This document shows, in pieces, positions 1-13,361 of a stretch of 64,000 nt of DNA; position 1 is the first letter of the stretch, and every line of letters begins with the position of its first letter. The stretch comes from Octopus sinensis (Eukaryota). The translations under genes were made by a program, and so were the position numbers. Location of the stretch: positions 48,298,001-48,362,000 of the forward strand of contig NC_042997.1 in NCBI RefSeq assembly GCF_006345805.1, in the 5' to 3' direction. Under the pieces are notes generated by a model. The model was not told the DNA's origin. It was given only the letters and a program-made list of their open reading frames with translations, and ran no database searches.

Positions 1-727
1 TTGGTGGTTGTCAGTATTCTCTCTCGTATTTTATGAGTAGAGATTAACGACATATCAAAGACAAAGGTGGCAATAGAACCAATCTTGATGGCCTTTTCCC
101 GAAGTTCCACTAGTGAGGTGTGTAAGGAACATTCTTGAACCAGAATCTAGATATTCCTGAGTAAAATGATGCATGGCTGCAGCTCTGGAGCTGAAACTAG
201 TAAAGAATATACATATATACAATCAAAAGAAAAATCAACCAATCTATTTATCTACTCATCTATCTATTTCTTTATCTATCTCTCTATTTTTCTATCTATC
301 TTTGGATATTTACATAAAAAACACACACACACATATATATGCATATGTATATATGTATATATATATTTATATATAAGTTTGTATAAATATATATATATAT
401 ACACATACACATATATATATACATATATACACATATATATATATATACATATATACATATATACACATATATACATATTTATACATATTCATATACATAT
501 GTGTGTGTATTTTATGTAAATATATATAGGTAGATAGAAAAATAGATAGATAGGTTGATTTTTCTTTCGATTGGTTTTTCTTTCGTTGTATTTTCAGAGG
601 AATATATATGAAACTTCTTGTAACTCGCGTTTAAACACTGTACGCGTATATACTCACATAGCTAGTTAGCTAGCTAGCTACCTACCTACCTACCTACAAC
701 ACATTCATAGACACACACACACACACG

Positions 728-779
<52 letters not shown>

Positions 780-799
780 GAAAGAGAGAAAGAGATAAC

Positions 800-831
<32 letters not shown>

Positions 832-849
832 GAGAGAGAGAGAGAGAAA

Positions 850-867
850 GAGATAGATAGATAGATG

Positions 868-958
<91 letters not shown>
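850..958. repeat. (GATA)n microsatellite
   Basis: Direct reading. Confidence 0.95.
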
Positions 959-1899
959 GGGTTGACTTTTCTTTCGATTCAGTTAAAGCGACAGGTCATG
1001 CATTCTAAATTATTTACAGCATGACAGCATGACCGTAGTAAATCTCGTTAGTGACCTGACCGTCATACAGTCTGCAGCATAGACATTGATCACATACGTA
1101 CATATTGCTTCATGGTAATGCGGAATACATATATTATATCGCAGGTGGCGTTATTGCTGACCGTAATTTCATAGAATTAACACAGTAACCACATAACCTC
1201 AAAAGAAGCTCTACTTTTCTGTTCAGCTTAAATAATCCAAATTACAGCTTAAAATTTAATTAATAGTCTTGGACTGATACATAATATTTTCCAAACAAGA
1301 CAACAGTATAAATCATGTCATTAAGGAAAGTTATATCTGCATTCAATAATCTGAAGAAAATCAGAAGTTCAGTAAAGTATAATTCCCGCAGACAGAAATA
1401 TGTTCATGCTTCAATGAATACGTTTCAAATTGCTGAAATGAGCAAACCACTGATAGAAGAAAAATCGAAGCTAAGAACTTCATAACAAAATGAATATTCC
1501 CATAAAATTGAGAAAGAGTAAAGAACATCAAGTTTATAGAAAACTATGCTGAAGTCAACCGTAAAGTTTTCGACGCATTGGCAAAATATATAGCACCAGT
1601 GCATCAGGAACTAAAGCAATTGTTAGAAAGAAATGATGTCTTACTGTGAACATCAAAAAACTTAGTGAAACAGTAAAACACACGTTGAAATGTATTTTCA
1701 TAGATACGTTTTCCCCATCGGTAGACACACTAGTCAATGAGACAGAAAAAAGCTAGAAGACAGCGCAGTATTTAACATTGCACTGTGTGTTTATGAAGAT
1801 GGTTTTTCAAATACGTAGTTTCAGATTTTATTCAACTGAAAGGGAATATGGAGAATTATTTCTGGAATAGCATCGTGATAAGTTGATAGTGAAATTTGA

Positions 1900-2590
1900 A
1901 AAAGTTAAAGTGGTAGCTAGTCGAAAAAACAGTTCCGGTCATTGGGAGATATAATCACTCGAAATAAAAAGATTCGCCTAAATTATCTATAGAGAAGCGA
2001 GAGACAAACTAACAAAATAATTTCATTAGCAAACCCGTGTAGCGAAACTTTAGCCTACATTCCCATACTTCACTCAAATTCTGAGTTTAGAATCACTGCA
2101 AATTAAATTTTCATAAAAGGCAAGAAATGCTACAATAAATTAATTGCTTTGCCTTGAAAGCCACAAACGCTTGCGTGAACATGATTCAACCAGTTATTGT
2201 TGGTCAGTATGCAACCGATAAATCGTTATACATGGAAGAATGTTACATGAAATTCCTTACCATATCGGAATCGAGGAAAGAAGAAATTCAGGTGCTACAT
2301 ACACCTTTGTCAGTTCCATGAACGGTATTCTCACTATTTGTGCATAGTCACCCTTTAGCTGCTATGGACAATTATATAATTAACTTGGGTTATTTCTATT
2401 TTACGGAGTGGAGTCTTTGAATTATCATGTACCCGAACGCATGGATCTTGTTTCAATTCTTGTAATTCATAGTACATATGTAAATATCACTCTTAAATTA
2501 ATAAAGATATGTTCACCTACATGGATATTAATGTATCACTTTAATACTGAATCCACCATCCACCAGCCTACTTTCCCGCTGTTCTCAACA
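1900..2590 (+). mobile_element. Heavily degraded PLE RT remnant
   Basis: AAMDNY (AMG-like) and MFTYMDINVSL (LPFLDV-like) in order; many stops. Confidence 0.3.
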
Positions 2591-3696
2591 ATGATATAAA
2601 GTCTACCACTAAACTCAGAAGACCTGAAAAGGGCCATGAAGAAAACCGTTCCATATTTGATAGAACGATAAGCATAAATAAGATGGGGAATTTATAGTAA
2701 ACATATATGTAAATGCAAAAGTTCCTTTTGAACTCATGCAAAAATACTGAAAATGTAATGTCTTAAACATAAAAGTGGAAGAATTAATGGCAAAATACAA
2801 CCTTATTTTTGTGGCTTCAAAGGACATGTATATTAATGCGCATGAACATGAGTAAGTGCGTGTGTGTGCGCGGAGGATACACTTCCGATTGTCTGAAAGG
2901 TAAAGCAGGAACAGATAAAACTTAGGAACCGTGTCGTCACAATTCATGCAGATTAAATGCAAAGTTACGGAACGATTAACACAATGCACCGCTTCCGATG
3001 CTTTAACAATTCAGCCGATGCACTGTCTTGGCCTTTCAATGATATAACATAACATTATAACATTTTATGTATTTTATACATATATATATACCTATCCATT
3101 CTGATAGATAGATATATTTGTGTGCGAAACCTGCTGTGTGAAACCTGCTGTACGCAGTTGAAACAGCATCAAATGCAAGCAGCCATCTATAAACAGTACT
3201 TAATACATGTACAACGCTGAGCCGTAAATTACTGCAGTTTTCCTCTTATGGAGGAAAATATAAAATCTCTTCACTTTGTACATTTTAAATATTAACTGCA
3301 TTTTCTAACCTGTCAGTTCACGATTGAACTTTATTAGGGGGGAAGTGTGCGATAGGAGGGAAATTTGACGGCTACTTATAGCTGGCCCAGTGACGACGAA
3401 AATATCATCCATCATTCACTCAAATTCCATTTGGGTTCCTTGAACAAAAACCGGGTGGATGTATCGGCTTATGCGTTATTTCAGACACGCTGTTATACTT
3501 CAAATGTGTCTCCTCAGTCTGTCATAAGTTAAGGAACGATTTGAAGATGGAGCGGGATTGGAGAGTATTCACATGACCGAATAACAATCATTATAAGTCA
3601 TGTATATACATACACACATACATACATACTTACATACATACATCATACATACATACATACATATATATATAAACATACATACATATATATATACGC

Positions 3697-3732
<36 letters not shown>

Positions 3733-3735
3733 CAT

Positions 3736-3784
<49 letters not shown>

Positions 3785-3887
3785 CATGTATATATATATC
3801 TATACTATATATATATATTGATTAATTGATTAATTTTATTAAATTAATTATATTCCACCCTTTATTGTATATATATATATATATATA

Positions 3888-4450
3888 CGAGGGGGTGTTG
3901 AAAAGTTCCGGGCTTTCAGTAGAATAAGATAAAGGACCAGCATAGAGGCGCAGGCGTGGCTGAGTGGTAAGAAGCTTGCTTCGCAACCATGTGATTCCGA
4001 GTCCAGTCCCACTGTATGGCACCTTGGTCGAGTGTCTCCTACTATAGCTTCAGGCCGACAAAAGTGATGTGAATGAATTTGGGATAGGGAAATTGAAAGG
4101 TGCCTGTCGCGTATATATATATGTATGTAGTTGTGTGTGTATGTGTTTGTCCCCCACCATCGATTCATAACGTATGTTGGTGTGTTTTGATCCCCGTAAC
4201 ATAGCGGTTCGGCATAAGTGACCGAAAGAATAAGTACTAGGCTTAGAAAGAGGTGCACCAGCATGGCTGCAGTCAAATGATTTCAATACGTAAAAGAATA
4301 AAAGAACAAATATTCTCTCTCTCAATTTCACACACTTACTGTGGCAGTCCACCAGTTTTTCTAAGCCCTGTGAAAGAACTCGGAGGTTTGGGGCGTCAAC
4401 CAGGCATTTCATGATATTTTTAACGCCAGGAACGTTTCAGCATCCCCTCG
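3888..4450. mobile_element. Mariner-type MITE with TA TSD, interrupted by SINE B
   Basis: TIRs ta-cgagggggtgttgaaaagttccggg and ccaggaacgtttcagcatcccctcg-ta. Confidence 0.75.
3946..4306 (+). mobile_element. tRNA-derived SINE family B
   Basis: ggcgcaggcgtggctgagtggtaagaagcttgc head, internal microsatellite, cagcatggctgcagtcaaatga...(aaaagaat)n tail. Confidence 0.85.
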
Positions 4451-4579
4451 TATATATATATATATATATAAGAATAAATAAATGCAGGTATAAATCAAAT
4501 ACCCTGGTAACTATTTATTTATTTTTTCCGTGTTAATTTTTAACAAGGTAAAAAACACTCATCGATTTATACACACACA

Positions 4580-4624
<45 letters not shown>

Positions 4625-5077
4625 TCCACACACACATCTTTGTGTGTGTTAGATAGTGTATGTATGCATTCATGTATTTCTATACATAAATACGCGTTTG
4701 CATGAATTTATACATGCACGCGTACATCCATATATGCATACGTACATACATACATCCATCCATACATACATACATACATATATACATACATACATACATA
4801 CATACATACATACATACATACACATACATATATGCACGAGTATATTTTCAAACAGCCCTTATCATCAAAACACGATTATGTTATTAATCATGCCCGACAT
4901 TAAAAGATCTTAGAATTCTTTGAATCACAACTTCTGGATTTAATATCTAACATTAAATCCCATCAGTATAATAATGCTGTATCCTATGCCATTATGAATA
5001 GCCTAAAACTGGACATCTGCTGACTCGTATTATTTTCCTTTCTTTCTTTTCTTCTACTATCGCTCTGTTTTTGTCAT

Positions 5078-5112
<35 letters not shown>

Positions 5113-6318
5113 CTCACTCTATGACTCTTTCTCTCCATTATTCTGCATATGTTTGTGTATATTAGTACGAGTATGTTCACTATCTCTGTGTGTATACGTG
5201 TGTATATATCTATATATATCTATCTATATATATATACACACATACATGTATATATGTATGAATCTACATGTATATATGTATAAATACATATATATGTATG
5301 TGTATTTATAAACGGAGACACACACGCACATATAAAGTATGTATGTATATATACACATATATTATTGAAGGAGGCAGCGTTAATAATCAATGACGATCTT
5401 TATGTCGTACTTAATGTGGTTGTATTATTAGAACACTGAATATTGCAGCCTCGGCATTAAAAGATCCACTCATAAAGATGCCATATGCTCAGAGCACAAA
5501 CATATATTTTAGCAGTCAGTCAAATCTGTCAAACATGAGTGCTAGAAATTCGAAATCACATCATTTCAGCGTACTGAACTTCGTCAGTGGGACCCGAACG
5601 CCTGTCACTGAAAATCTCTGAAGGCGAATACTGCAGTATCCGGCGTTCTAAGAATATATTCACGTTAAGTAGGATATAAAGACAGCCACTGGATTTTAAT
5701 AATGCCTCACATACAAATTTTTATATTTTAATAAACTTGCTAGCTATTTGTAACATCATAGACAGAGAAGCCGCTGTTATTTTCTACATATTTTGGCTGA
5801 TATTTTGAAAAAGCACAATACAGAGAAATCTCTGATCTGGCAGTCTCGGTGCCCATGGTGCACAGTTTACGTCTGCAACTATATACGTACTCGTTCTTAG
5901 CTCCGTGCGTGTGTATGAAGGGATGTCTGAAGGTGAATACTGTAGTATTCGGCATTCTAATATTGTAAGAAACGATTGTATATAAATGTGGGTGCGTATA
6001 AGTATATTGTTTTATGGTGCTGAATCTTGGATTCCGAACAGAAAGCACGTTAACCAACTTGACGCTTCTCATATGCGACGCTTGCATATTATCCCCAGCA
6101 TAAAACCGAGTGACCACATTCGGAGCAGTGAGGTGTTAACAAAATGCAACATAGTATAGAATCCATCCTCGTCAAAATACAGTTGAGATGGTCAGGTCAT
6201 CTCTCACACATGAGCGATATCTGAATTCCAAAGCAACTTCTCTTTGGCCAATTTCAACAGCAAGATTAGTTGGAAGATCACTCTTGCGCTTCAAAGACAA
6301 ACTAAAAGACAAGATTTT

Positions 6319-6320
<2 letters not shown>

Positions 6321-6406
<86 letters not shown>
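6321..6406. repeat. (TA)n microsatellite
   Basis: Direct reading. Confidence 0.95.
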
Positions 6407-6408
<2 letters not shown>

Positions 6409-6600
6409 AGAGTAAGCACATAATAGGAAACATGGTGGGAAAATAGTGTTGAATACCAGAAGCAGAGTAAAAAGCTTTATTAAAAAGAAACAAAAATATC
6501 ACAAAAATGTTACTCAGAGTTTCACGTTCCCGTTCGTCAGACAGTTTTGCTTAGAATTCTAAGCAAAACTGTCCGACGAACAGTTTTTGTGATATTTTTG
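6407..6600 (-). mobile_element. PLE-type terminal repeat remnant carrying F1 hammerhead, with short fold-back
   Basis: Homologous to 10822-10956 in the opposite orientation. The 3' end abuts (TA)n. Perfect palindrome centre gcttagaa|ttctaagc at 6556/6557. PLE origin is inferred from the ribozyme type. Confidence 0.6.
6502..6550 (-). ncRNA. Minimal type I hammerhead ribozyme (family F1)
   Basis: caaaactgt CTGACGA acg-ggaa-cgt GAA actc-t-gagt A acatttttg: canonical core, GNRA-capped stem II, palindromic stem III, 8/9-bp stem I. Confidence 0.82.
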
Positions 6601-6625
6601 CTGTGTTTTAAATTAAGTATATTTA

Positions 6626-6675
<50 letters not shown>

Positions 6676-6687
6676 TGTGTGTGTGTT

Positions 6688-6724
<37 letters not shown>

Positions 6725-7257
6725 GGAGAGAGAGAGAGAGACAGACAGGACAGACAAACAGACAGACAGACTGCGAGGGAGAGAGAGAGAGAGAGAGAGA
6801 TTTATACAGACATATATACGGAAGCACGCGCGCTGAATGTGTGTGTGGTTATGTAAATTACACAAATAACACATGTATACATCGTAGCAGAGAAAATAAC
6901 CAAACAAGTACCATGTGATGTCAAACAAACGGAAGCACCCGCTGAAAATCTTGCAAATATAAAGTCAAAAAGTAGAAGAAACTAAAGAAAATCCAATCTA
7001 GAAAGAAAAGAACGTGAAAAAAAGTATAAAAAGCATTTCTTCACGCGAGTCAGATTTCATAAATCAATGTGCGAGACCGGTTTCTGGTACGGTTGATCCT
7101 TATGGATGTATGGATGAATGTATGTATGTATGTATGTATGTATGTATGTATGTATGTATGTATGTATGTAGGTAGGTAGGTAGGTAGGAAGGTAGGTAGA
7201 TAGGTATGTATATATGTATATATCTATATCTATATCTATCTATCTATCTATCTATCT

Positions 7258-7293
<36 letters not shown>

Positions 7294-7321
7294 GCATATA
7301 TATATATGCATATATATATAT

Positions 7322-7618
7322 TGAGGTTATAAGATGTAATGGTGTCATTGAGACCCAAAGGTGTCAGGTAATGCTCAATAAGTGCTATAGACAGACCATA
7401 GTTAGGTTCCAGGTTCGGTAATTTTGCGAATAAGGGGTTCACCGTTGGTCACATGTCAACGTGTGTATACAAGAAGTTTTTGCGTAATGAGATAAAAAAA
7501 AAACAAGACTGTGTAGATATTAGAACATTTATAGACAGAAGATCTTCCAGCTGTTTCCAGGATATTTATTAATTATATCCCCTCATCGGAGCCGGTGTGA
7601 GAGGATGGTTAAGTAATA
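7322..7618 (-). mobile_element. Interspersed repeat carrying F2 motif (probable PLE end)
   Basis: Homologous to 13362-13598 (aataagtgctatag...ttccaggttcggt...gcgaataaggggttca...gagaggatggttaagtaata). Confidence 0.6.
7542..7593 (-). ncRNA. Decayed hammerhead motif (family F2, second copy)
   Basis: ggct CCGATGA ggggatat-aattaataa-atatcctg GAA acagctgg A agat. Several core and stem changes. Confidence 0.45.
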
Positions 7619-8021
7619 GTTTTTATAGGATACAAAATAGAGAGTGAGGTGGAGGAAAGAAAATAGCTGTAAGATATGTAGGGATATTGAAGTTGTAGAT
7701 CCATTATATATATATATATATATATATATACATACATTCATACATAGTTAGTGAAATGGATGTATGAAATAATGGCGCATTATGTGAATGTCGCAAGCAC
7801 GCACGAGTAAATGTTTGTTTGTACCATATAACACTTTCCTCGACAAATCATGAGTGGAATGAAGGCCATTGATTCTGCCAGCTCGCGGCCTTAGTTGTTG
7901 ATTAATATTCCGAGAAATACACGTTCGTAGAAAAACATAGAGAACGAAATTCTTTATTAAGTGAAATATATTTTCAGTTACTTCGCAGGTATGTATACGT
8001 GTATACTTCAGCTACTGGTTG

Positions 8022-8372
8022 GTACTCGGTTACGACGACGAGGGTTCCAGTTGATCCGATGAACGGTACTGCCTGCTCGTAAAATTAACATGCAAGTGGC
8101 TGAGCTCTCCACAGAAGCATGTAGTTCTCGGGGAGATTCAGCGTGACACAGAGTGTGACAAGGCTGGCCCTTTGAAATACAGATACAACAGAAACAGGAA
8201 GGAAGAGTGAGAGAAAGAGTACAGCAAGTTTCGCCACCATCCCCTGCCGGATCCTTGTGGAACTTTAGGAGTTTTCGCTCAACAAACACTCACAACGTCC
8301 GGTCTGGGAATCGAAACCGCGATCTTACGACCGTGACTCCGCTGCCTTAACCACTGGGCCATTGCGCCTCCA
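8022..8372 (-). mobile_element. tRNA-derived SINE family A (older copy)
   Basis: Same head and body with more substitutions and indels. Confidence 0.85.
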
Positions 8373-8620
8373 CACTTCAGTTACTACATCGAACACAATA
8401 AGAATACAGTTGATTAAATCTAACCAATAATTTCACTAAAATATATTTTATAGGCGCTTAAAATAAAATATGACAACTATTTGTTCATAGAAACTAAAGG
8501 AATATAACACAGCGGTGCAGTTTTGATACTCGAGCCAGTGTTTCATCGCGTGGCAACGTATCCGTCTTCGGACAAGCCATTCTAACATCGGCACATGGCT
8601 AATAGACTGCAATATATTCC

Positions 8621-9168
8621 TTTCTATTCTAGGCACAAGACCCGAGAGGGCCACTCGATTAGATCGACCCCAGTATACAACTGGTACTGACATTATCGAC
8701 CCAGAAACGATGAAAGGCAAAGTCGACCGCAGTGGAATTTGATCTCAGAAGGTGAATGCAGACGAAATACCTATTACTTTACTACCTACAAGACACTAAA
8801 CACAGAGGGGGCAAACAAGGACAGACAAACAGATTAAGTCGATTACATCGACCCCAGTGCGTAACTGGTACTTAATTTATCGACCCCGAAAGGATGAAAG
8901 GCAAAGTCGATCTCGGCGGAATTTGAACTCAAAACGTAAAGACAGACGAAATACCTATTTCTTTACTACCCACAAGGGGCTAAACACAGAGAGGACAAAC
9001 AGATTAAGTCGATTACATCGACCCCAGTGCGTAACTGGTACTTATTTAATCGACCCCGAAAAGATGAAAGGCAAAGTCGACCTCGGCGGAATTTGAACTC
9101 AGAACGTAACGGCAGACGAAATACGGCTACGCATTTCGCCCGGCGTGCTAACGTTTCTGCCAGCTCGC
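8621..9168 (-). mobile_element. SINE family C, tandem multimer
   Basis: Repeated atcgaccccagt...tatcgaccccgaaaggatgaaaggcaaagtcgacctcggcggaatttgaactc units (8771-8954 and 8955-9124). Confidence 0.85.
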
Positions 9169-9454
9169 AACTTTCTTTAAAATTATAAACGTTTAGCATA
9201 TTCTTTTCTACTCTAGGCACAAGGCCAGAATTTTTGAGGAGGCAGTCAGTCGTTTAGATCTACTCCAGTACACAAATGGTACTGAATTTACGATCCCGAA
9301 ATGATACAAAGTAGTGTCGACCTCGGCGGAATTTGGACTCAGAACGTAAATACATATATGTAAGTACATATATGTAAGTACGTATGCAAATGTACATTAT
9401 TTACATTATTTAGATTCGACGGATATTATTATTATCATTATTATTATTATTATT

Positions 9455-9690
9455 ATTGAGTGAGAGAGCAGTGCATGCCATCAAAGTGACACTGGGGTAA
9501 AATATACGAAGCCCAGTACACCCATCATGACTACCCGTCTGATAAGGGTACACTAGGCACATGCATCACAACCATATGTGCGCGACATGGTGATCTCATA
9601 TCAAGATAAACAGCACATGACCTTGCAGGTGGGGCCCAGTTAGAATTTTTTTCAGGTCGAGTAACCCATCCCGCTCAAATGGTCCCTGAA
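9455..9690 (-). mobile_element. Short retroposon-like repeat with (AAT)n tail
   Basis: GC-richer 235-bp body ending ctctctcactc-(aat)n on the minus strand; family unassigned. Confidence 0.5.
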
Positions 9691-9757
<67 letters not shown>

Positions 9758-10821
9758 TCACTGTGCTGAATCTGGAAAATGAATATCTGACGCGAGGGCA
9801 ACATCTCGGTATTTTCTCAGCATGCCTATTTACCAGGTTTTCCTTACTTAACAGGATGAACAAGACTTCCCCAAGGCACTGGTCACATAGGCCGGATAGT
9901 GTATTATATGGGTGTACATTCTTTATTATTGACCATTCTGTTCCATAATCTAATTTTCCTACTTTTAGTCTCCACATTTGGTCCGGTAGCGATGTTGCGT
10001 GGTTGGGAAGCAAACGACACACCACACAGCCGTGCCTGTGTGGTGTGTACACGCATTTATGTAGCTATACATTTCATATCGACAATATATGTAAATATAT
10101 AATACATTCTTAATTTGAGTGAAGGAATATTGAAAGAATTATGGAAATAGATAGTGTCGAATCTGAAGACAATATATTTGTGTGAAGTAGCATGTTAATG
10201 GTGTTAAGGGAGATTAGAGTTAGACGATATTTGCGATAGGTTATAATGGAGGATTAAGCCGATTATCATGCTATGTATAGCTTGTTCACTATTATGTTAA
10301 ATGTATTTGAAAAGCAATGGAAAACATACACACACATGCACATAAACACACACTCAAATACAAACACACATTCGAAGTCAGACGCCAGAGATATAAAGCG
10401 GTACATATGCAGATCCGATACACTTTAAACAGTGCACTTAATCGCACTTAATCGCACTCACACTGACCTAAACATATATATATGTATATTATAGTATATT
10501 ACATTATATTATATTATATTATATCATATTATACTACACACACACATATATATATATATATATACTCTTTACTCGATATGAGCAATAAACTTATAAAACA
10601 ATACTTCTATAAATATGTAAAAAATATGTGTATATATATATGTATTTAGACTCTGTTCTTCGATTTAAGGCTTTCGTCGATTTTATAAGATGATTCTATG
10701 CTGTATTGTTCATTGCATGCTTAAGGCCATTAGTTGAAACGACAAATGAAAAAAAAAAAAACATTTTCAAATGTGTATCCATTAAACTAATTTTATGTTT
10801 GCTTATAACCTTATTTCTGTT

Positions 10822-10956
10822 ATATTCTAAACAAAACTCTGACGAACGGGAACGTGAAACTGTCAGTAACAGTTTTAGTAATATTTCTGCTGCTTTTTAT
10901 TCTGGTATTCGAGTACTATTTTTCCACCTGGTTTTGCATTTATATGCTTACTCCGG
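10822..10956 (+). mobile_element. PLE-type terminal repeat remnant carrying F1 hammerhead
   Basis: Aligns by eye to the reverse complement of 6407-6560 and ends cttactccgg-(TA)n. Confidence 0.55.
10833..10876 (+). ncRNA. Minimal type I hammerhead ribozyme (family F1, second copy)
   Basis: aaaact CTGACGA acg-ggaa-cgt GAA actg-t-cagt A acagtttt. Stem III covaries with the 6.5 kb copy; 2 nt are missing from the 5' strand of stem I. Confidence 0.75.
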
Positions 10957-11060
<104 letters not shown>

Positions 11061-11180
11061 GGTGAGAATATACAAAAGACACAAAGGACGAAGACGGGTG
11101 TGTAAACAACAAGCAGATGTATTATTCTAACGCTCGAGAAGTGAGAAAGTCTATATACATATATATATACAAATATGTAC

Positions 11181-11239
<59 letters not shown>

Positions 11240-11772
11240 TAATACAGAAAAAGGGAGAGAGACAGACAAACACGCAAGCCCGCGAATATCTGCAGGGTAT
11301 ATACTATTGTATTAGTTCCAAGTAGAGTCAGTACATTTTATTTATGACTTCTGGTAATTGAGTAACAATAAGTTACTTCATACGCTGTTGTAACGTGTAA
11401 CGCTATATAAGAAATATTAACGAGAAAACGATATCTTTGATATATTATCGGACCCTTGTTTTCTTGCACCTGTGTACAGAAAGCAACAGAATGTCAGAAA
11501 GTGTAATAGCTTAAAGACACCCGTTCGGTTAATTAGTTTACCTCGCTATATTTTGTTTTCTTTGTTTTCCGGTGAAACTGACAATTACAGTGCATTTATA
11601 TAGACTGTTACGTCTGCTACGTTGTAGGTTGATAACGGTAACTATATTTCCTAATTATACACCTCCAATTTTGAAACACAGCAGTAAATGATATTAATGT
11701 TGCATTTCCAACTTTGTAGTAGTCTATTCATTCTATTGGAATAAGTTAAGCTCATATATGCATATGTACATG

Positions 11773-11826
<54 letters not shown>

Positions 11827-12799
11827 CATATATATACTAGCATTATGACCCGGTGTTGCCGGGTCATAGTGCTAGTGCATGTATATATGTGTATATATAT
11901 GTGTGTACATAGTACATATACATCTATATATATATATATATCTACATATAAAATACAAAATACAAAGTTATATCTTGATATCGCTAGTGATAGCAATACT
12001 CAAAATATATAACAGTCTGGAATTGTAGGCCTGTCTCTTGCAATTTCGATCAATAGTATCTTGTCCTCCCTCTTGTATAGAAGTGTGGCTACAATCCAGC
12101 CTACCTCTACTTCTAGGGGGACATTTTAAATTTTTATCCAGGACGTCCTAAGTCCGAGATATAAAGGTAAAAATAAAATATTTCCACTTTGCAAGGTTCA
12201 AGTCGAGTACTCCCTTGCACGCTCTGTGACTCGAACCTTGCTTCTATTGTGGCGAATTTACCGCCTCTGGTTAGATATCTTTCATAATCGCACCAAGACA
12301 TTTTTCGATGGTGCTTTCCTCCAGGTGTTAAAATCTTTTTTTTTCTCTACATTGTATACTTTATAGACAATAGTCTTTTCTTTAATTTTACTTTTTATTT
12401 CGGTTCGTGGTGTTATCATAGATTCACCGTCTTTGCCGGTGATCAATTTGAAATAGGCTAATTAGAAGATAATCTAATGTAAAAGCCGTGGTAAAGGGTA
12501 GGTGCACAGCTCCATCTGGACTATTCAAATTTTGCAAATTAATTTTATTTTTAATTTATTCCCATTCATGTGAAACCACTTATTCAAGTTCAAGTCATTG
12601 ATGCAATTTTATACCAATTGCTATTCTTACTTTTAATTGTTATGTTACGATTTAATTATTATATTATACTTTAGTTTGATTTTAATTATTACTTACTACA
12701 TACAATTCAATTGTTATTATTCTCTCTAATTTTTATTGTTAAAGTGAAAGTTTCTAACATAAAATAGAGAGATGTTTTTGTTTCACTTTTAACACGTAA

Positions 12800-13140
12800 T
12801 ACTGAAATATTGGAGAAGATATGATATTGCTATGGGCTCGCCCTAAGTAAGAAGTTGAACATTTTTTGCCCATGACACTACATGAACCCTAAGAAAGGCA
12901 TGTGTAAAATTTGAATGAAATTGATTGTGTCGTTCTCAAGTTTTAGGGAATCATAGTGGAGAAGATATGATATTGCTGTGGGCTCGCTCTAGGCAAAAAT
13001 TAAAAAATTGTTTTTGCCGATGACACTCCCCGGATCCTAAGTAAGGCATGTGTAAAATTTGAATGAAATTGGTTGTGTAGTTCTCAAATTGTAGGGAAAC
13101 ACACAGACAGACACACATTCTCAGTTTTATATATATAGAT
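12800..13140 (+). mobile_element. DINE/HINE-like 3' region with about 150-bp internal tandem duplication
   Basis: ggagaagatatgatattgct...aaggcatgtgtaaaatttgaatgaaatt occurs twice; ends acagacacacattctcagttttatatatatagat. Confidence 0.6.
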
Positions 13141-13361
13141 ATTAGATCGGGATGCAAAGGGTAGGTTCCTAGCATTTTCAAATTTATAAATTATCGAAAT
13201 ATTGTGCTGACAACGGGAATGAATTTTTATAATTCTAACCCAGAAGCGCGTCCATAATTAATCAAAGACTGTTTGATTCCGTTATTTTTCTTCTTTTTGC
13301 CAATGTGAGTTACAAATATTGTTATCTGTGGAGTAATATCTGTAGTAAAATATTTAATGCT

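Noticed and set aside
166-519. Many 60-140 aa ORFs rich in YI/HT/CV/IYLS repeats throughout the window
   Set aside because: They are translations of (TA)n, (CA)n, (TACA)n and (GATA)n microsatellites, not genes.
5610-5990. Two ctgaagg-(c/t)gaatac-tg(c/t)a-gtat(c/t)cg hairpins
   Set aside because: A9 is G, and GAAA and stem I are not correctly placed; recorded only as a short local repeat.
7068-7105. GAA-ACCGGT-C-tcgcaca (minus strand), 3' half of a hammerhead
   Set aside because: The 5' core and stem I partner are missing, replaced by microsatellite, so it cannot be supported as a motif.
8771-9124. Repeated units as a CRISPR-like array
   Set aside because: They are SINE multimers in a eukaryotic context with no unique spacers or cas genes.
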